A stretch of DNA of 64,000 nucleotides from a virus (IMGVR_UViG_3300022217_000169:6746-70745), one strand, 5' to 3'; shown: positions 52,401-63,289, numbered from the stretch's first letter. Translations and numbers: made by a program. The notes: generated from the letters alone by a model not told the origin.

Positions 52401-52406
52401 AAAAAA

Positions 52407-52922
52407 ATGTTTGATGTGCAATTAATAGATGAAAAAACTCAATGGATCAATCTAGTAAAAAAAATAAAAGAAATGACCGACGATACTGGTAACATGGTTG
52501 AAGTAGGTTTATTTAAAGATGTTGGATTAATTTCTATTGCAAAAGAAAATGAGCTTGGAGATCCGCCACGAAGAGCAAGACCTTATCCAATTCCAGAAAG
52601 ATCTTTTTTGAGATTTGTTTTTGATCGAGATCTCGATATTAATACAGAATTATTAACTAAAGGTATTGATAGCATATTGTCAGGAATGAAAGAGAGAAAA
52701 AAAGTATTAGAAGAGATTGGAGAATCAGTTACTAATTCTATTAAGGAATTTATATTAAGTGGATATTATAAATTTAAAAACCCAAATCATCCTATTACTA
52801 TAAAAAGGAAAGGTCATGATTATCCATTGATTCAATCTGGTAAAATAGTAAGTACTATCACATATAAAGTTGGTAGAGGGAATCCAAAAGAATCTAAAAG
52901 AACAAAAATTATAACTTATTAG
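52407..52922 (+). CDS. neck/virion morphogenesis protein
   Basis: ENELG...IPERSFLR, NHPITIKRKG..PLIQSG. Confidence 0.8.
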   Translation: MFDVQLIDEKTQWINLVKKIKEMTDDTGNMVEVGLFKDVGLISIAKENELGDPPRRARPYPIPERSFLRFVFDRDLDINTELLTKGIDSILSGMKERKKVLEEIGESVTNSIKEFILSGYYKFKNPNHPITIKRKGHDYPLIQSGKIVSTITYKVGRGNPKESKRTKIITY

Positions 52923-52924
52923 TT

Positions 52925-53536
52925 ATGGGATTAATTAATTTAGAACCTATAGTTATTATCAAAAAAAATCCAGGAACAAGAATTAAAGGTCATTATATCC
53001 CTGGTAGTATAACTGCTACAGAAGCAGATGCTAATTCTCAACCTTTAAATGGTGAAGAATTACAACTTTTAGAAGAAGGAGATAGAGTTAAAAGTACAAG
53101 AAAATTTTATTCAGAATATGAGATAAAAGAAAATAATTTTATAAGAAGATCAAAAGAAAATGTAGCCCAAGTTGATACATGTTCAGTTGATACAGTTTTA
53201 GACAGTACAGATTATACATGTACTATAAATGGAACAATATTTACTTATAATTCTGGTATTGGCGCAACAGCACTTTCTATAGTTGATGGAATAGTAACAG
53301 AAATTCAAGGTGGTTCTGAACCAATAAATGTAGTAGATAATTTGAATGGAACTTATACTATAACTTCAAGTATAGTTGGTACTGAATTTACATTATCAGT
53401 CGATACAAATCAATCTTTTGATCTTGATGTTGCAAATGTAAGAAAGCAATATAGAATAATGCAGGTAAAAGATTATAGTGATCATAATATTCCTCATTAT
53501 AAAGGATATGGAGTTTTAGACGAAGAAAATGTATAA
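52925..53536 (+). CDS. head closure protein with inserted domain
   Basis: Position; QPLNGEELQLLEEG; ~85-aa insert before the final strand. Confidence 0.65.
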   Translation: MGLINLEPIVIIKKNPGTRIKGHYIPGSITATEADANSQPLNGEELQLLEEGDRVKSTRKFYSEYEIKENNFIRRSKENVAQVDTCSVDTVLDSTDYTCTINGTIFTYNSGIGATALSIVDGIVTEIQGGSEPINVVDNLNGTYTITSSIVGTEFTLSVDTNQSFDLDVANVRKQYRIMQVKDYSDHNIPHYKGYGVLDEENV

Positions 53537-54041
53537 ATTAGATCAAGTAAAAGAAGATGCAATTTATGATTTTGCAGTAGCTTCTTTATCGATTTTAACA
53601 CCAACAATAGAGGTTATTTGGGATAAACCAGACGATGATCAAAGACCACCAAGACCATATCTTACATTAAACATTCTAGGCGGACCTATTTTAGTAGGTG
53701 ATAGACCAGTAAAAAAATATAAAGAATTAGACACCTGGACTTATCAATTTAAAAAAAGAATAACATTAAGTATTAATATTTTTGCTTATGAAAATCATAC
53801 AAGAATAATGGAAGTACTTTTAAATTCTTTATGTTTTGATTCTAAAGTTGAAATACTAAATTTCGCAGGAATAGCTCATTGGGGTTATGATGGTCCTAGA
53901 GATATGAGCGAAGTTAGAGACACTAAATGGGAATTTAGATCTCAAGCAGATATATTTTTATCTTATGGTGAAAATATGGATGATATACCTAAAGAAATCC
54001 ATAAAGTTGAAATAAATGGTAAAATAATAGATATTACTTAG
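53529..54041 (+). CDS. tail terminator/neck protein
   Basis: Position before sheath; RPPRPYLTL. Confidence 0.7.
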   Translation: MYKLDQVKEDAIYDFAVASLSILTPTIEVIWDKPDDDQRPPRPYLTLNILGGPILVGDRPVKKYKELDTWTYQFKKRITLSINIFAYENHTRIMEVLLNSLCFDSKVEILNFAGIAHWGYDGPRDMSEVRDTKWEFRSQADIFLSYGENMDDIPKEIHKVEINGKIIDIT

Positions 54042-54058
54042 AATGAAAGGAATATAAT

Positions 54059-55417
54059 ATGAGTGAAATAAAAAATTTTGTAGACGTACAAATTTCAAGA
54101 GAAACAGCCAAAATAACAAGAACTGGATTCGGAACCACCTTGATATTTGCTCCACATTTTCATTTTCCAGATAGAGTTAGGTCTTATAGTGATCCAAGTG
54201 AAATGTTAGAAGATGGTTTTCTGTCTACCGATCCACATTATATTGCTGCTTTAAAATTGGTTAGTCAAGAATTAAGTCCTCCATTATTTAAAATAGGAAG
54301 AAAATTAGAAGATGTTAATTCAAAAGCATCTTTGGCGTTTGTCGGAACACCTACTGCTGGAACATGGACACTTGATGTCGGTATAGGTGATGCAACTCCT
54401 ATCACAACAGGTGCTATTACTTATACAGCAGATGATGATACAGCAGCTATTGAAACGGCTATCGAAGCTCTTACTGGAATAACTGAAGTTACAGTAACAG
54501 GATTATATAGCACTGGATATACTATCGAGTTTACTGGTGTTGATGCAAGTGCTGATTTTAGAATAACTGGAATTGATATTTCAAGCTTAACTGGTGTTAC
54601 TTCTGCTACTGTGACAATGGATCAATATGGTAGTGGTGTAGAAATATGGACTGATGGATTAAATGCAATTATATCCGCTGATAATGATTGGTATTTCTTA
54701 AATGCTTCAGCTACGGCAGATACAGATGTGAAAGCATTAGCTGCTATTATAGAAACTAAAATAAAGATATATTTCTTTGCAAACGATGATGCTGATATTA
54801 AAAATGGTGTAGCAGACAACACATTAGAGGATTTGAAAGCATTAGATTATGACAGAACAGCATATCTTTATTCTGGTGACTATACTAATTATCCTGAATC
54901 TGGTTGGGTGGGCGGACAGTCGCCTAAAGATCCTGGTAGCATAACATGGAAATTCAAGCCAATTGTTGGAATAACTCCTGACGATTTATCTACAACTGAA
55001 TTCAATAATATAACAGGTAATAATGGTAATACTTTTGAAGAAGTCGGTGGTATAAATATAATATCATCCGAAGCAGTTGTTGTATCTGGTGAGTATATAG
55101 ATATAATTCGCGGTTCTGATTGGTTAGCTACGAGAATGTCAGAAGATATTTTTACTTTATTGGCAAGTGCTGATAAAGTACCATTTACTGCACAGGGAAT
55201 AGGAGCAATTGAAGGTAAAATTGCATATTGGCTAAAAAAGGCCGAGTCTGCAACTATTGGATTATTAGTACCAGGAGAATCAACAATAATGATGCCTAAT
55301 ATACGTGATATTTCTACAGCAGATAAATTAGCACGATTTTTGAGAAATGTAACTTTTACTGGAAAGCTTGCTGGTGCTATTCATAAAGTAGAAATACGTG
55401 GTAAACTTACTGTATAA
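54059..55417 (+). CDS. tail sheath protein (DUF3383-like)
   Basis: FVDVQISRET...GFG, PGSITWKFK, EYIDIIRGSDWL, LAGAIH. Confidence 0.92.
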   Translation: MSEIKNFVDVQISRETAKITRTGFGTTLIFAPHFHFPDRVRSYSDPSEMLEDGFLSTDPHYIAALKLVSQELSPPLFKIGRKLEDVNSKASLAFVGTPTAGTWTLDVGIGDATPITTGAITYTADDDTAAIETAIEALTGITEVTVTGLYSTGYTIEFTGVDASADFRITGIDISSLTGVTSATVTMDQYGSGVEIWTDGLNAIISADNDWYFLNASATADTDVKALAAIIETKIKIYFFANDDADIKNGVADNTLEDLKALDYDRTAYLYSGDYTNYPESGWVGGQSPKDPGSITWKFKPIVGITPDDLSTTEFNNITGNNGNTFEEVGGINIISSEAVVVSGEYIDIIRGSDWLATRMSEDIFTLLASADKVPFTAQGIGAIEGKIAYWLKKAESATIGLLVPGESTIMMPNIRDISTADKLARFLRNVTFTGKLAGAIHKVEIRGKLTV

Positions 55418-55440
55418 CAACAAAAGAAAGGAATATTATT

Positions 55441-55845
55441 ATGAGAACATATAATCCAGGTGAAGGTGCATTATTAATTGGTGTTTCTTTATTGACTGGA
55501 TGGAATAATATAAGAATAGGAAGAGCAGAAGATGGAGCTATGTTTACTGCTGGAACTCAAGGCGAAATTACAAGAACTATAAATCTAAATAAATTAGGTA
55601 GTTTTGTAGTTACGCTGCCACAAAGTGCTCTTGATAATGAAACATTAAGTTATCTTGAAATATCTAAAGCTGCTATACCATGTTCTTTTATAGATAAAAG
55701 CGGTACTACTGTTGCAGTAATTGATTTTGGTACAGTAGTTAAAATCCCTGATTCTGATTTTGGTAAAGAAGCTGGTACAAGAGAATGGAGTATTACAGGT
55801 GAAATGACTTATGTTTTTATCGGATCAAATAATTTAAATATATAA
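55441..55845 (+). CDS. tail tube protein
   Basis: MRTYNP...; follows sheath; FGKEAGTREW. Confidence 0.85.
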   Translation: MRTYNPGEGALLIGVSLLTGWNNIRIGRAEDGAMFTAGTQGEITRTINLNKLGSFVVTLPQSALDNETLSYLEISKAAIPCSFIDKSGTTVAVIDFGTVVKIPDSDFGKEAGTREWSITGEMTYVFIGSNNLNI

Positions 55846-55863
55846 AAAAAGGAGTTTTTAAAG

Positions 55864-56325
55864 ATGGGGCAAAAATTTATTGAAAAAGAAATAGATGGGG
55901 AATCTTATATTTTTACAATGCTTAGACCTAGAATTAGTACTAAGTTATTAGTAAAGATTATAAAAATAATTGGTCCTTCCGTTGGTAAAGCTTTTAACAA
56001 AGAAGTAAAAATAAAAAATATACTTGATATAAATATTGATATCGGCAGTGCTGTGATGACATTATGTGAACGAATAGATGAAGATAATGTTCAAAATATT
56101 ATAGATACTTTATTTACTCAGGTACAACATAAAGGGAAAGGTATATTATCAAATATACAAGCATATGAAGAGTTATTTTCTGGAAGATTAAAACATTTAT
56201 TTAATGTTGTGAAAGCATCATTAGAGGTGCAATACGCTGATTTTTTCGACGGAAAAGAAGGGTTGGAAGAATTCTTAAATGTAATACAGGACAAGTCTCA
56301 AAATCAACAAGACTCCCAGAAATGA
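55864..56325 (+). CDS. tail assembly chaperone
   Basis: Between tube and tape measure; ends ..QYADFF with a slippery site. Confidence 0.8.
   Translation: MGQKFIEKEIDGESYIFTMLRPRISTKLLVKIIKIIGPSVGKAFNKEVKIKNILDINIDIGSAVMTLCERIDEDNVQNIIDTLFTQVQHKGKGILSNIQAYEELFSGRLKHLFNVVKASLEVQYADFFDGKEGLEEFLNVIQDKSQNQQDSQK
56241..56247 (+). promoter_or_regulatory. -1 ribosomal frameshift site T TTT TTC (G/GT-type)
   Basis: The -1 frame is open from the heptamer into ORF 56322-56537. Confidence 0.7.
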
Positions 56326-56537
56326 ACTTAGAAAATATGAACATAGATATGTTCATATGGAGGCCAATTCTAGCGGGAGTTGTAAAATTACAAGAGTTAG
56401 ATGAGCATTGGGATATAAATGATTTAGCGGATGCTCATGAGGCTCTTGATATTAAATCAGAAATAGAAGAATATCTAGGGGAGTCAATAAGAAATGACAT
56501 TAAGAACCCTATTAGTAAAACTGGGCTTCAAAGGTGA
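56322..56537 (+). CDS. frameshift extension of tail chaperone
   Basis: WRPILAG...W.INDLADAHEALD, typical pre-tape-measure domain. Confidence 0.7.
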   Translation: MNLENMNIDMFIWRPILAGVVKLQELDEHWDINDLADAHEALDIKSEIEEYLGESIRNDIKNPISKTGLQR

Positions 56538-58332
56538 TATAGCTAAATTAACTGATTTTGATAATAGAATAACTGGACTTAAAAGAAATGTTATTGGATT
56601 AGGAGCTATATTTGCTAGTGTTACAGCGGCATTAGGATATTTTCTTAATGAAGCTGCAAAATTAGAACAAACTAAAATTGCTTTTGAAGTTATGACTAAT
56701 TCTGTTCGTTTAGGACAGAAATTAATTAAAGATCTTTTTACTTTCGCAAGAACCACACCATTTAGAATTCCAGGAGTACTACAAGCATCTAAAATTTTAC
56801 TTGCCATGGGTGTAGCCGCGGAAGAACAAATAGATGTATTAACAAAAATTGGGCATGTTGCTGCTGGAATAGGAAAACCACTTGATCAATTAGCAAGTAT
56901 ATTTGGACGGGTTAGGGCTGCTGGATATCTTACTGGATACGAAATGGAAAGATTGAGACGTGCTGGTGTACCATTAGGAGCTTACTTATCTGAGTTATTA
57001 AAAAGACCAGAAAAAGATATTTTACAAATGATTAGACGTAAAGAAATATCATTTGAAATGTTTGCTGAAGGTTGGGAATTAATGGTTGAAAAAAGATTCC
57101 CGAATTTGATGGATAAGTTGCTATTAACATTCAAAGGCCTCGTTAGTAATTTACAAGATTATATATATGAAATAGTTGCATTTTCAGGTGAAGAGTTATT
57201 GCCAGTGTTTAAATTAATGGCAAGACAACTAATGTATTTGCTCGATTCAAGTAGAGATTTAATAGGATTAAAATTTAAACAATTCTTCGGCGGAGTATCA
57301 AGCGCACTTTTTTTACTTAATAAAGGATTTGTAAAATTATATTTTAGAACTAGAGAAACTATTTCTCAATTTGGTGGTATAAATAGATTATTTAAAATAT
57401 TTGCAACTATTTTTGGAACTTTTATTAGTATTAAATCATTAACTTTATTAGGTAAAATAGGGAAAATAGCATTCAGTATATTAAATATTGCATCTATAAA
57501 GTTAGCATTAATAGGTGCAGCTATGATAGGAATTTTTCTTGTAACCGAAGATTTACTTGGTTTTATTTTAGGTAAGCAATCAGCATTTCAAGATTTTCTT
57601 GATATGATAGCCAAAAAAGCTCCAACAGCATATGAGCATTTAATTAAATGGCTAAGAGTATTAAAAAGAGAAATAGAAGGATTATCTTTAATGGCTTTCG
57701 GATTGTGGGAAGGTTTAACTACTGGAAATTGGGATATGATGAAAGCAGGAGCGGAACAAGTTAGTGAAGCATGGAGGATGGCTTTTGAAAAAGTAGGTAA
57801 AGCAAAAATTAAAGGTCCAGATGTAGACAAATATCCAATAGATTATGGTGAACTTAATGTTATTGAAGGTATTGTAGCTGAGAGTCCAATATTAAGAAAA
57901 ATGGCTCAATGGACTGAGAGTATGAAGAATGTTGTTGATGAAGCTTTTACTCCTGGTGGACAAACGATAGAAGTTGATGTAATGAAATATTTTAGAGAGA
58001 AAAAAAGTGGTATCGAATATATGATGGAATATTATGATAGAGTTAAAGATGATCTTAGTAAAGATATTCAAATATATAAATATATGAGAGAGCGTAAACT
58101 TGCTGCGGAAGCAACTTCTCCTACTGAAAAAATATTAGAGAGGGGTAGGAAATTACGTGAATCAGGTATTATAAATATGCCAGTAGAAGTTAATTTTTCT
58201 AATTTACCTCAAAATGCAAATACCGATAGAATCGTTGAGTCAATAAAGCCAGTTCTTAGAGACACAGTTGATAGAAGAATTGATGAAATAGCAAGGGCTG
58301 GAAGTTCAGCCCTAGAAAGTGACCAGTTCTAA
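56494..58332 (+). CDS. tape measure protein
   Basis: LLVKLGFK start; tape_meas domain FARTTPF...GY; helical Ala/Gly-rich middle. Confidence 0.92.
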   Translation: MTLRTLLVKLGFKGDIAKLTDFDNRITGLKRNVIGLGAIFASVTAALGYFLNEAAKLEQTKIAFEVMTNSVRLGQKLIKDLFTFARTTPFRIPGVLQASKILLAMGVAAEEQIDVLTKIGHVAAGIGKPLDQLASIFGRVRAAGYLTGYEMERLRRAGVPLGAYLSELLKRPEKDILQMIRRKEISFEMFAEGWELMVEKRFPNLMDKLLLTFKGLVSNLQDYIYEIVAFSGEELLPVFKLMARQLMYLLDSSRDLIGLKFKQFFGGVSSALFLLNKGFVKLYFRTRETISQFGGINRLFKIFATIFGTFISIKSLTLLGKIGKIAFSILNIASIKLALIGAAMIGIFLVTEDLLGFILGKQSAFQDFLDMIAKKAPTAYEHLIKWLRVLKREIEGLSLMAFGLWEGLTTGNWDMMKAGAEQVSEAWRMAFEKVGKAKIKGPDVDKYPIDYGELNVIEGIVAESPILRKMAQWTESMKNVVDEAFTPGGQTIEVDVMKYFREKKSGIEYMMEYYDRVKDDLSKDIQIYKYMRERKLAAEATSPTEKILERGRKLRESGIINMPVEVNFSNLPQNANTDRIVESIKPVLRDTVDRRIDEIARAGSSALESDQF

Positions 58333-59006
58333 TGGCTAATATATTTAATGAATTATTAAAAGCTAATAAAATAAGCTTGATTAAAGATGGTGAAAAAACA
58401 ATTATTGCTTGTGATGCAGTTGTTTCAGAAAATCATCAATTAGCAGCAGAAGCCACTCAACATGAGATAGAAGATGGAAGTGATATACATGATCATATAA
58501 TTAATAGAGGAAGAACTTTATCATTGGAAGGTATTATAAGTGATGATCCTATAACAATATTACAAACTGGAATACTGAGTAGAACTATAGCAACCGCTAC
58601 ACCAGGATTCTTAAGATCAAAACTTGGTTACGGTATTAGTGGTGATAAAGGAAAGCCAAGTAAATCAATGTTCGATAACTTTAATGAAATATATAATAGA
58701 AAAATGGCAATTACAATTGTTACTGGATTAAAACTATATGATAATATGGTTATGGAGGATTTTAATGCCCCAAGAAGTTCCAAAACTGTTAGATCACTTA
58801 ATTTTACTGCTACATTTAGGCAAATAAGAATAGTTAGCGCGGCATTAGTAAGCGCACCATCTGTATATCAAGATGTTGAATTAGGTGCTCAAGAAAAAAA
58901 GAATATAGGAAAACAAAATACAAAATCTGTTATAGAAAACTCGAAAGAAACATTTACTAAAAAAGTAAAAGATTGGTCTGGAAGAGTTTTTAAAGAATTG
59001 TTTTAA
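58332..59006 (+). CDS. baseplate/tube initiator protein
   Basis: ENHQLAAEATQHEIEDGS..DHI, VTGLKLYDNMVM. Confidence 0.8.
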   Translation: MANIFNELLKANKISLIKDGEKTIIACDAVVSENHQLAAEATQHEIEDGSDIHDHIINRGRTLSLEGIISDDPITILQTGILSRTIATATPGFLRSKLGYGISGDKGKPSKSMFDNFNEIYNRKMAITIVTGLKLYDNMVMEDFNAPRSSKTVRSLNFTATFRQIRIVSAALVSAPSVYQDVELGAQEKKNIGKQNTKSVIENSKETFTKKVKDWSGRVFKELF

Positions 59007-59017
59007 GGATTAATATT

Positions 59018-59365
59018 ATGTCTATCGATATCAATAATACATATGTTATTCAATTTCCATTAGTTGCCAATGAATATAATTATGAATTTTCTACTTCTAT
59101 AAATAATAAAACATATATAATATGGATATATTTTAACAGGAGGGCAGGAAGATGGATAGTTAGTATAAAAGATGAAGAAAATAATCCTATAATCATGGGA
59201 ATCCCTGTATTAATTGGTGCAAAAATGGTATCAAGATTTTCCGATAATAGATTAGATGATATAAAATTATTAATGGCATATAATTTAAAAAGCGAAACAG
59301 AAGAAATAGGAGAATTTGATTTCGGAGTTACTGCCGGATTATTTACACTTAAAGAAATATCATGA
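59018..59365 (+). CDS. baseplate protein
   Basis: Position; FNRRAGRW. Confidence 0.7.
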   Translation: MSIDINNTYVIQFPLVANEYNYEFSTSINNKTYIIWIYFNRRAGRWIVSIKDEENNPIIMGIPVLIGAKMVSRFSDNRLDDIKLLMAYNLKSETEEIGEFDFGVTAGLFTLKEIS

Positions 59366-60423
59366 ATTCATTATATAATAGAAAAGCATATATTGCATTT
59401 GGACCAGTAAGAAAATTAAATGTAGCAGAACAAGTTTTTATAACTGGCGGAACTACACCTTTGAATATTTTAACTGGTTTTGATAATATAGGTGTTGCAA
59501 ATCTTGGTTGGCCTTTTGTCGATTTAGCTACTCCACTGAAAGATGATAATAAAGGGTTTTCAGATCTAAGAGTATCATTTGTTGTAGAAAAAACATTAGA
59601 AAGTAAAGAAAATGAAGCCGATATAGAAGTATATAATATTAGTAGAGATTCTTATAGATTATTACAGCAAATTACTGAAACATATTCAGTCCAATTATCA
59701 ATTGGGTATGGAGAGTCAAGTCATTCATTATTTTTAGGTAATATAGAAAAATCTTCATATCATAGAGAAAAAGCGGATTGGATTTTAAATATAAAAGGCA
59801 AAGATGGTCAAGAAGTATTACAGGATACTATAATTAACAAATCTTATAGAGAAGAATTTGATTTAAAAAGTGTACTTATTGATATGATAAGTTCTACTGA
59901 TATTTTGTCAAAAGATGCATTTAAAGACGCAAAAAAATGGATAAATGAAAAATTGACATCAGTTAAGAAAACACAAAATGGTTTATCAATAAGTGGCAGA
60001 TTAGTTAATGAAATTAATAAGCTTCTTAGTGAATTTGATGCTTCTTTAAGTATTCAAGATGAAAAAGCACAAATTATATATAATAACAGTAATACAAATA
60101 ATGATATTGTTTTATTAAATCCTAGTACTGGACTTTTAGGATCTCCAATAGATAAAGGAAAAGAAGAAGGAATAGAATTTAGATGTTTATTAATTCCAAT
60201 AATTAAACCAGGATCATTAGTTAAAATACAAAGCAAAACTATTAACGATTATTATAGAGTTGATAAAATTATATACAAAGGTGATACTTACGGTAATGAT
60301 TGGGAATGTAGATGTGAAGCTGTTAGACCAACAAATATTATTACGGATTTACCAGAAATCAAATATTATAGTAGTCTTCCTATTGAGCAAGAAATAGGGA
60401 CTACCTGGAAGCATTTTATATAA
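59362..60423 (+). CDS. baseplate hub protein
   Basis: ADIEVYNIS, SIGYG, TGLLGSP, CLLIPIIKPG, GDTYGNDW. Confidence 0.85.
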   Translation: MNSLYNRKAYIAFGPVRKLNVAEQVFITGGTTPLNILTGFDNIGVANLGWPFVDLATPLKDDNKGFSDLRVSFVVEKTLESKENEADIEVYNISRDSYRLLQQITETYSVQLSIGYGESSHSLFLGNIEKSSYHREKADWILNIKGKDGQEVLQDTIINKSYREEFDLKSVLIDMISSTDILSKDAFKDAKKWINEKLTSVKKTQNGLSISGRLVNEINKLLSEFDASLSIQDEKAQIIYNNSNTNNDIVLLNPSTGLLGSPIDKGKEEGIEFRCLLIPIIKPGSLVKIQSKTINDYYRVDKIIYKGDTYGNDWECRCEAVRPTNIITDLPEIKYYSSLPIEQEIGTTWKHFI

Positions 60424-61097
60424 TGAGAAAAAAAGTTATAACGCCAACATTTGTTCAATTTATTAAAGAAGGAGTTAGGGCTGGATTATTAGATACGCAT
60501 ACAAGTATGCCTGGGAAAATAAAAGAATATGATAAAGATACGCAAAAAGCAAGCATTATACCGTTATTAAAGAAAAAGTTTAAAGATACAAATGAAACTA
60601 TAGTTGATTTACCTGTGTTAAATAATGTTCCTGTGCATAATATAGTATGTAATAATAGAAAAACTTATATGTATTTCCCTGTAAAAGTTGGTGATCCTGG
60701 TATGCTTCACTTTTGTGAAAGATCAATAGATAATTATTTATCTTCTACACCAAATGAAAGCAAAGAGTTAATACCAGTATATCATGATAGTCCCAGACAT
60801 CATGATCTTAGTGATGCTTGGTTCGTCCCTGGAATATTACCTTTTTCAATTTCTTTACAAAATGTACCAGAAAATGATATAATAATTAAAAACGATCAAT
60901 TGACTATAACAATAGATCCAAGTGGTAAAATAAAAATAAATAATGACTCAAATGAATTATTTGAAACTTTGAGTACATTAATAAATAATTTAATAAATGC
61001 TAAAGTAATAACTATGTTAGGTAGTATGCCTTTTATTACTGATACTATAACAGCATTAACTCAAGATAAAAATAAAATCGATTCTTTCAAGGTTTAA
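60423..61097 (+). CDS. Gp138-like baseplate spike protein
   Basis: HTSMPGKI, NVPV, PVKVGDPG, RHHDLSDA. Confidence 0.85.
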   Translation: MRKKVITPTFVQFIKEGVRAGLLDTHTSMPGKIKEYDKDTQKASIIPLLKKKFKDTNETIVDLPVLNNVPVHNIVCNNRKTYMYFPVKVGDPGMLHFCERSIDNYLSSTPNESKELIPVYHDSPRHHDLSDAWFVPGILPFSISLQNVPENDIIIKNDQLTITIDPSGKIKINNDSNELFETLSTLINNLINAKVITMLGSMPFITDTITALTQDKNKIDSFKV

Positions 61098-61100
61098 ATT

Positions 61101-61352
61101 ATGCCATTAACAGGTACAGGAATAATTTGGAGAGATGCCATAATATCAGCAATAGGAATAGATTTCACTGGTATGACTACCGCAGAAGAAAATTTAGTTA
61201 AAGATGCTTGGTTGGCGTTATGTAATACACATATAAGTCATATAACTGGTAATGCTCTTGTAGGGACTACTGTTACTGGTGTTACTGGAACTGGCACTCC
61301 TGGTGGTCCATTGCCAATAGTGTCTCAGCCTGGAACGGGAGGTATAACATAA
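61101..61352 (+). CDS. small Gly/Thr-rich baseplate tip protein
   Basis: Follows spike; GTTVTGVTGTGTPGG. Confidence 0.55.
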   Translation: MPLTGTGIIWRDAIISAIGIDFTGMTTAEENLVKDAWLALCNTHISHITGNALVGTTVTGVTGTGTPGGPLPIVSQPGTGGIT

Positions 61353-61729
61353 TGTCAGAAATAATAGATTTGAAATTAGATCCTAATAATTGGAATAGTA
61401 TATTAATAGAAAATCAAGACTTGGCAACTGTTGACGGTATAGATGCTATAGAGCAGCATTTAAAACAGAGATTTAAATTCTTCCGCGGAGAATATAAATA
61501 TGATCTCACGAGGGGTATTCCTTATCATGATGAATTTTTTAAGAAAAATCCAAACCCAATTGTTATGGATACAGTATTAAAAGATGTTATATTAACTACT
61601 CCAGGAATAATAGAATTAACTGAATTTTTTATGGAATTAGATAATGCTACAAGGATATTAAATGTAACTTTTAAAACTCAAACAAGTGCCGGAGAATTAG
61701 ACTACAGTGAATATATACCATTAGGTTAA
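61352..61729 (+). CDS. baseplate wedge (gp25-like) protein
   Basis: FFRGEYKYDLTRGIPY, TPGI. Confidence 0.8.
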   Translation: MSEIIDLKLDPNNWNSILIENQDLATVDGIDAIEQHLKQRFKFFRGEYKYDLTRGIPYHDEFFKKNPNPIVMDTVLKDVILTTPGIIELTEFFMELDNATRILNVTFKTQTSAGELDYSEYIPLG

Positions 61730-61741
61730 AAGGAAAATAAA

Positions 61742-63289
61742 ATGGCTATAGAATATGGTGTTACATCACAAGGTTTTGTAATAAAAACATTAGATGTGAT
61801 AAAAGAAGAAATTGATGAAGATTTAAAGAGTCTTCTGGGAAATCAAATAAATCTTCTTCCTGAATCTGTATTTGGAAATTTAAGAGATAGATTTGCAGAA
61901 AGGCTACATGAAATATGGGAATTAATGCAATTAGTATATAATGCAAATTATCCTAATACAGCAGAGGATGTATCATTGGATAATATTTGTGATTATTCAT
62001 TGACAAAAAGATTAATTGCTATAAAATCAGTAATATTAGTACAAGCATTATTCGGGACAGCATCTACCGTAATACCAGCACTAACTAAAATATCTGTAGA
62101 AGATGATAGTTCAACTATATTTGAAACTGATGAAGAAGTTACATTAGTTGCTGGTGTAGATGAAGTACAAAATATAGAATTTTCTATAACTCCAACTGGC
62201 GGAACTTTTACATTAAAATATAATACAGAAGAAACGGCAGCTTTAAATTATAATGCATCAAATACTGATATACAGACTGCATTAAATAATTTATCAAGTC
62301 TATCTGGCGTTGCTGTAACTGGTTCTATAGCCGCAGATTTTGTTGTAACATTTTCTGGAAATGACGGTAAACAACCACAACCTTTATTAACAGTTGGGAC
62401 TAATTCTCTTACACCAGCAACTACGATAACTATAACAGAAACAACAAATGGTGAATACCAAGGCACTGTTTTAATGACGTGTACTGAAACTGGCCCTAAG
62501 AATGCTAATGCTGGTACATTAAATGTTATAGATAATCCATTGAGTGGGTTTACTAGAACATTCAATGTCGATGATGCAGTTCCAGGAAGAGATTTAGAAC
62601 CAAATCCAGAATTAAGAATAAGAAGAAATGAATCTATAGTTACAAGCAGATCCGCTACAGTAAATGCAATAAGAAATAAAATATTAGATTTAAATGGTGA
62701 TGAATATGCATTATTACCACAATTAACTGACGTTATAGTATATGAAAATGATACTGATATTACTGATTCAAGAGGAATAGAACCTCATAGAGTAATGGCT
62801 GTTGTTAGGCAAGCTGGTGATGTTACAACAAGAGATCAAGAAATCATAGATGCAATTGGTGATTCTAAAGCTGCCGGAATAGGTACATCATATGGTAATG
62901 CAACTGGTGGTAATGCAGTTACAGGAACATATACAGACCAAACTAGTATAGGTCATACTATTTATTTTGCTAGACCAACTAGTGTTGATATTTATCTTAC
63001 GTTTGATAATTTTACTACTACAAGTGATTATCCTACAGATGGAGATAATCAACTTAAAACCATATTAGCTAATTGGGGTAATTCCCTTGGCGTTGGTATT
63101 GATGTAATAGTTTATCCAGTATTAGTAGCTCAAGTAGCACAGATTCCAGGCATAATAGATTTTAATATTAAAATAGGAACTTCTCCATCACCGACGCTTG
63201 ATAATAATATACCTATAAGTGATGGGACTACTACTCCGCCGGAATTTAGTAATTGGAGTACGACTAATATTATAATAAATCATGTATAA
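61742..63289 (+). CDS. baseplate J-like wedge protein with inserted domain
   Basis: YGVTSQGFVIK, TAEDVSLD, PGRDLEPNPELRIRR, YFARPT. Confidence 0.9.
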   Translation: MAIEYGVTSQGFVIKTLDVIKEEIDEDLKSLLGNQINLLPESVFGNLRDRFAERLHEIWELMQLVYNANYPNTAEDVSLDNICDYSLTKRLIAIKSVILVQALFGTASTVIPALTKISVEDDSSTIFETDEEVTLVAGVDEVQNIEFSITPTGGTFTLKYNTEETAALNYNASNTDIQTALNNLSSLSGVAVTGSIAADFVVTFSGNDGKQPQPLLTVGTNSLTPATTITITETTNGEYQGTVLMTCTETGPKNANAGTLNVIDNPLSGFTRTFNVDDAVPGRDLEPNPELRIRRNESIVTSRSATVNAIRNKILDLNGDEYALLPQLTDVIVYENDTDITDSRGIEPHRVMAVVRQAGDVTTRDQEIIDAIGDSKAAGIGTSYGNATGGNAVTGTYTDQTSIGHTIYFARPTSVDIYLTFDNFTTTSDYPTDGDNQLKTILANWGNSLGVGIDVIVYPVLVAQVAQIPGIIDFNIKIGTSPSPTLDNNIPISDGTTTPPEFSNWSTTNIIINHV

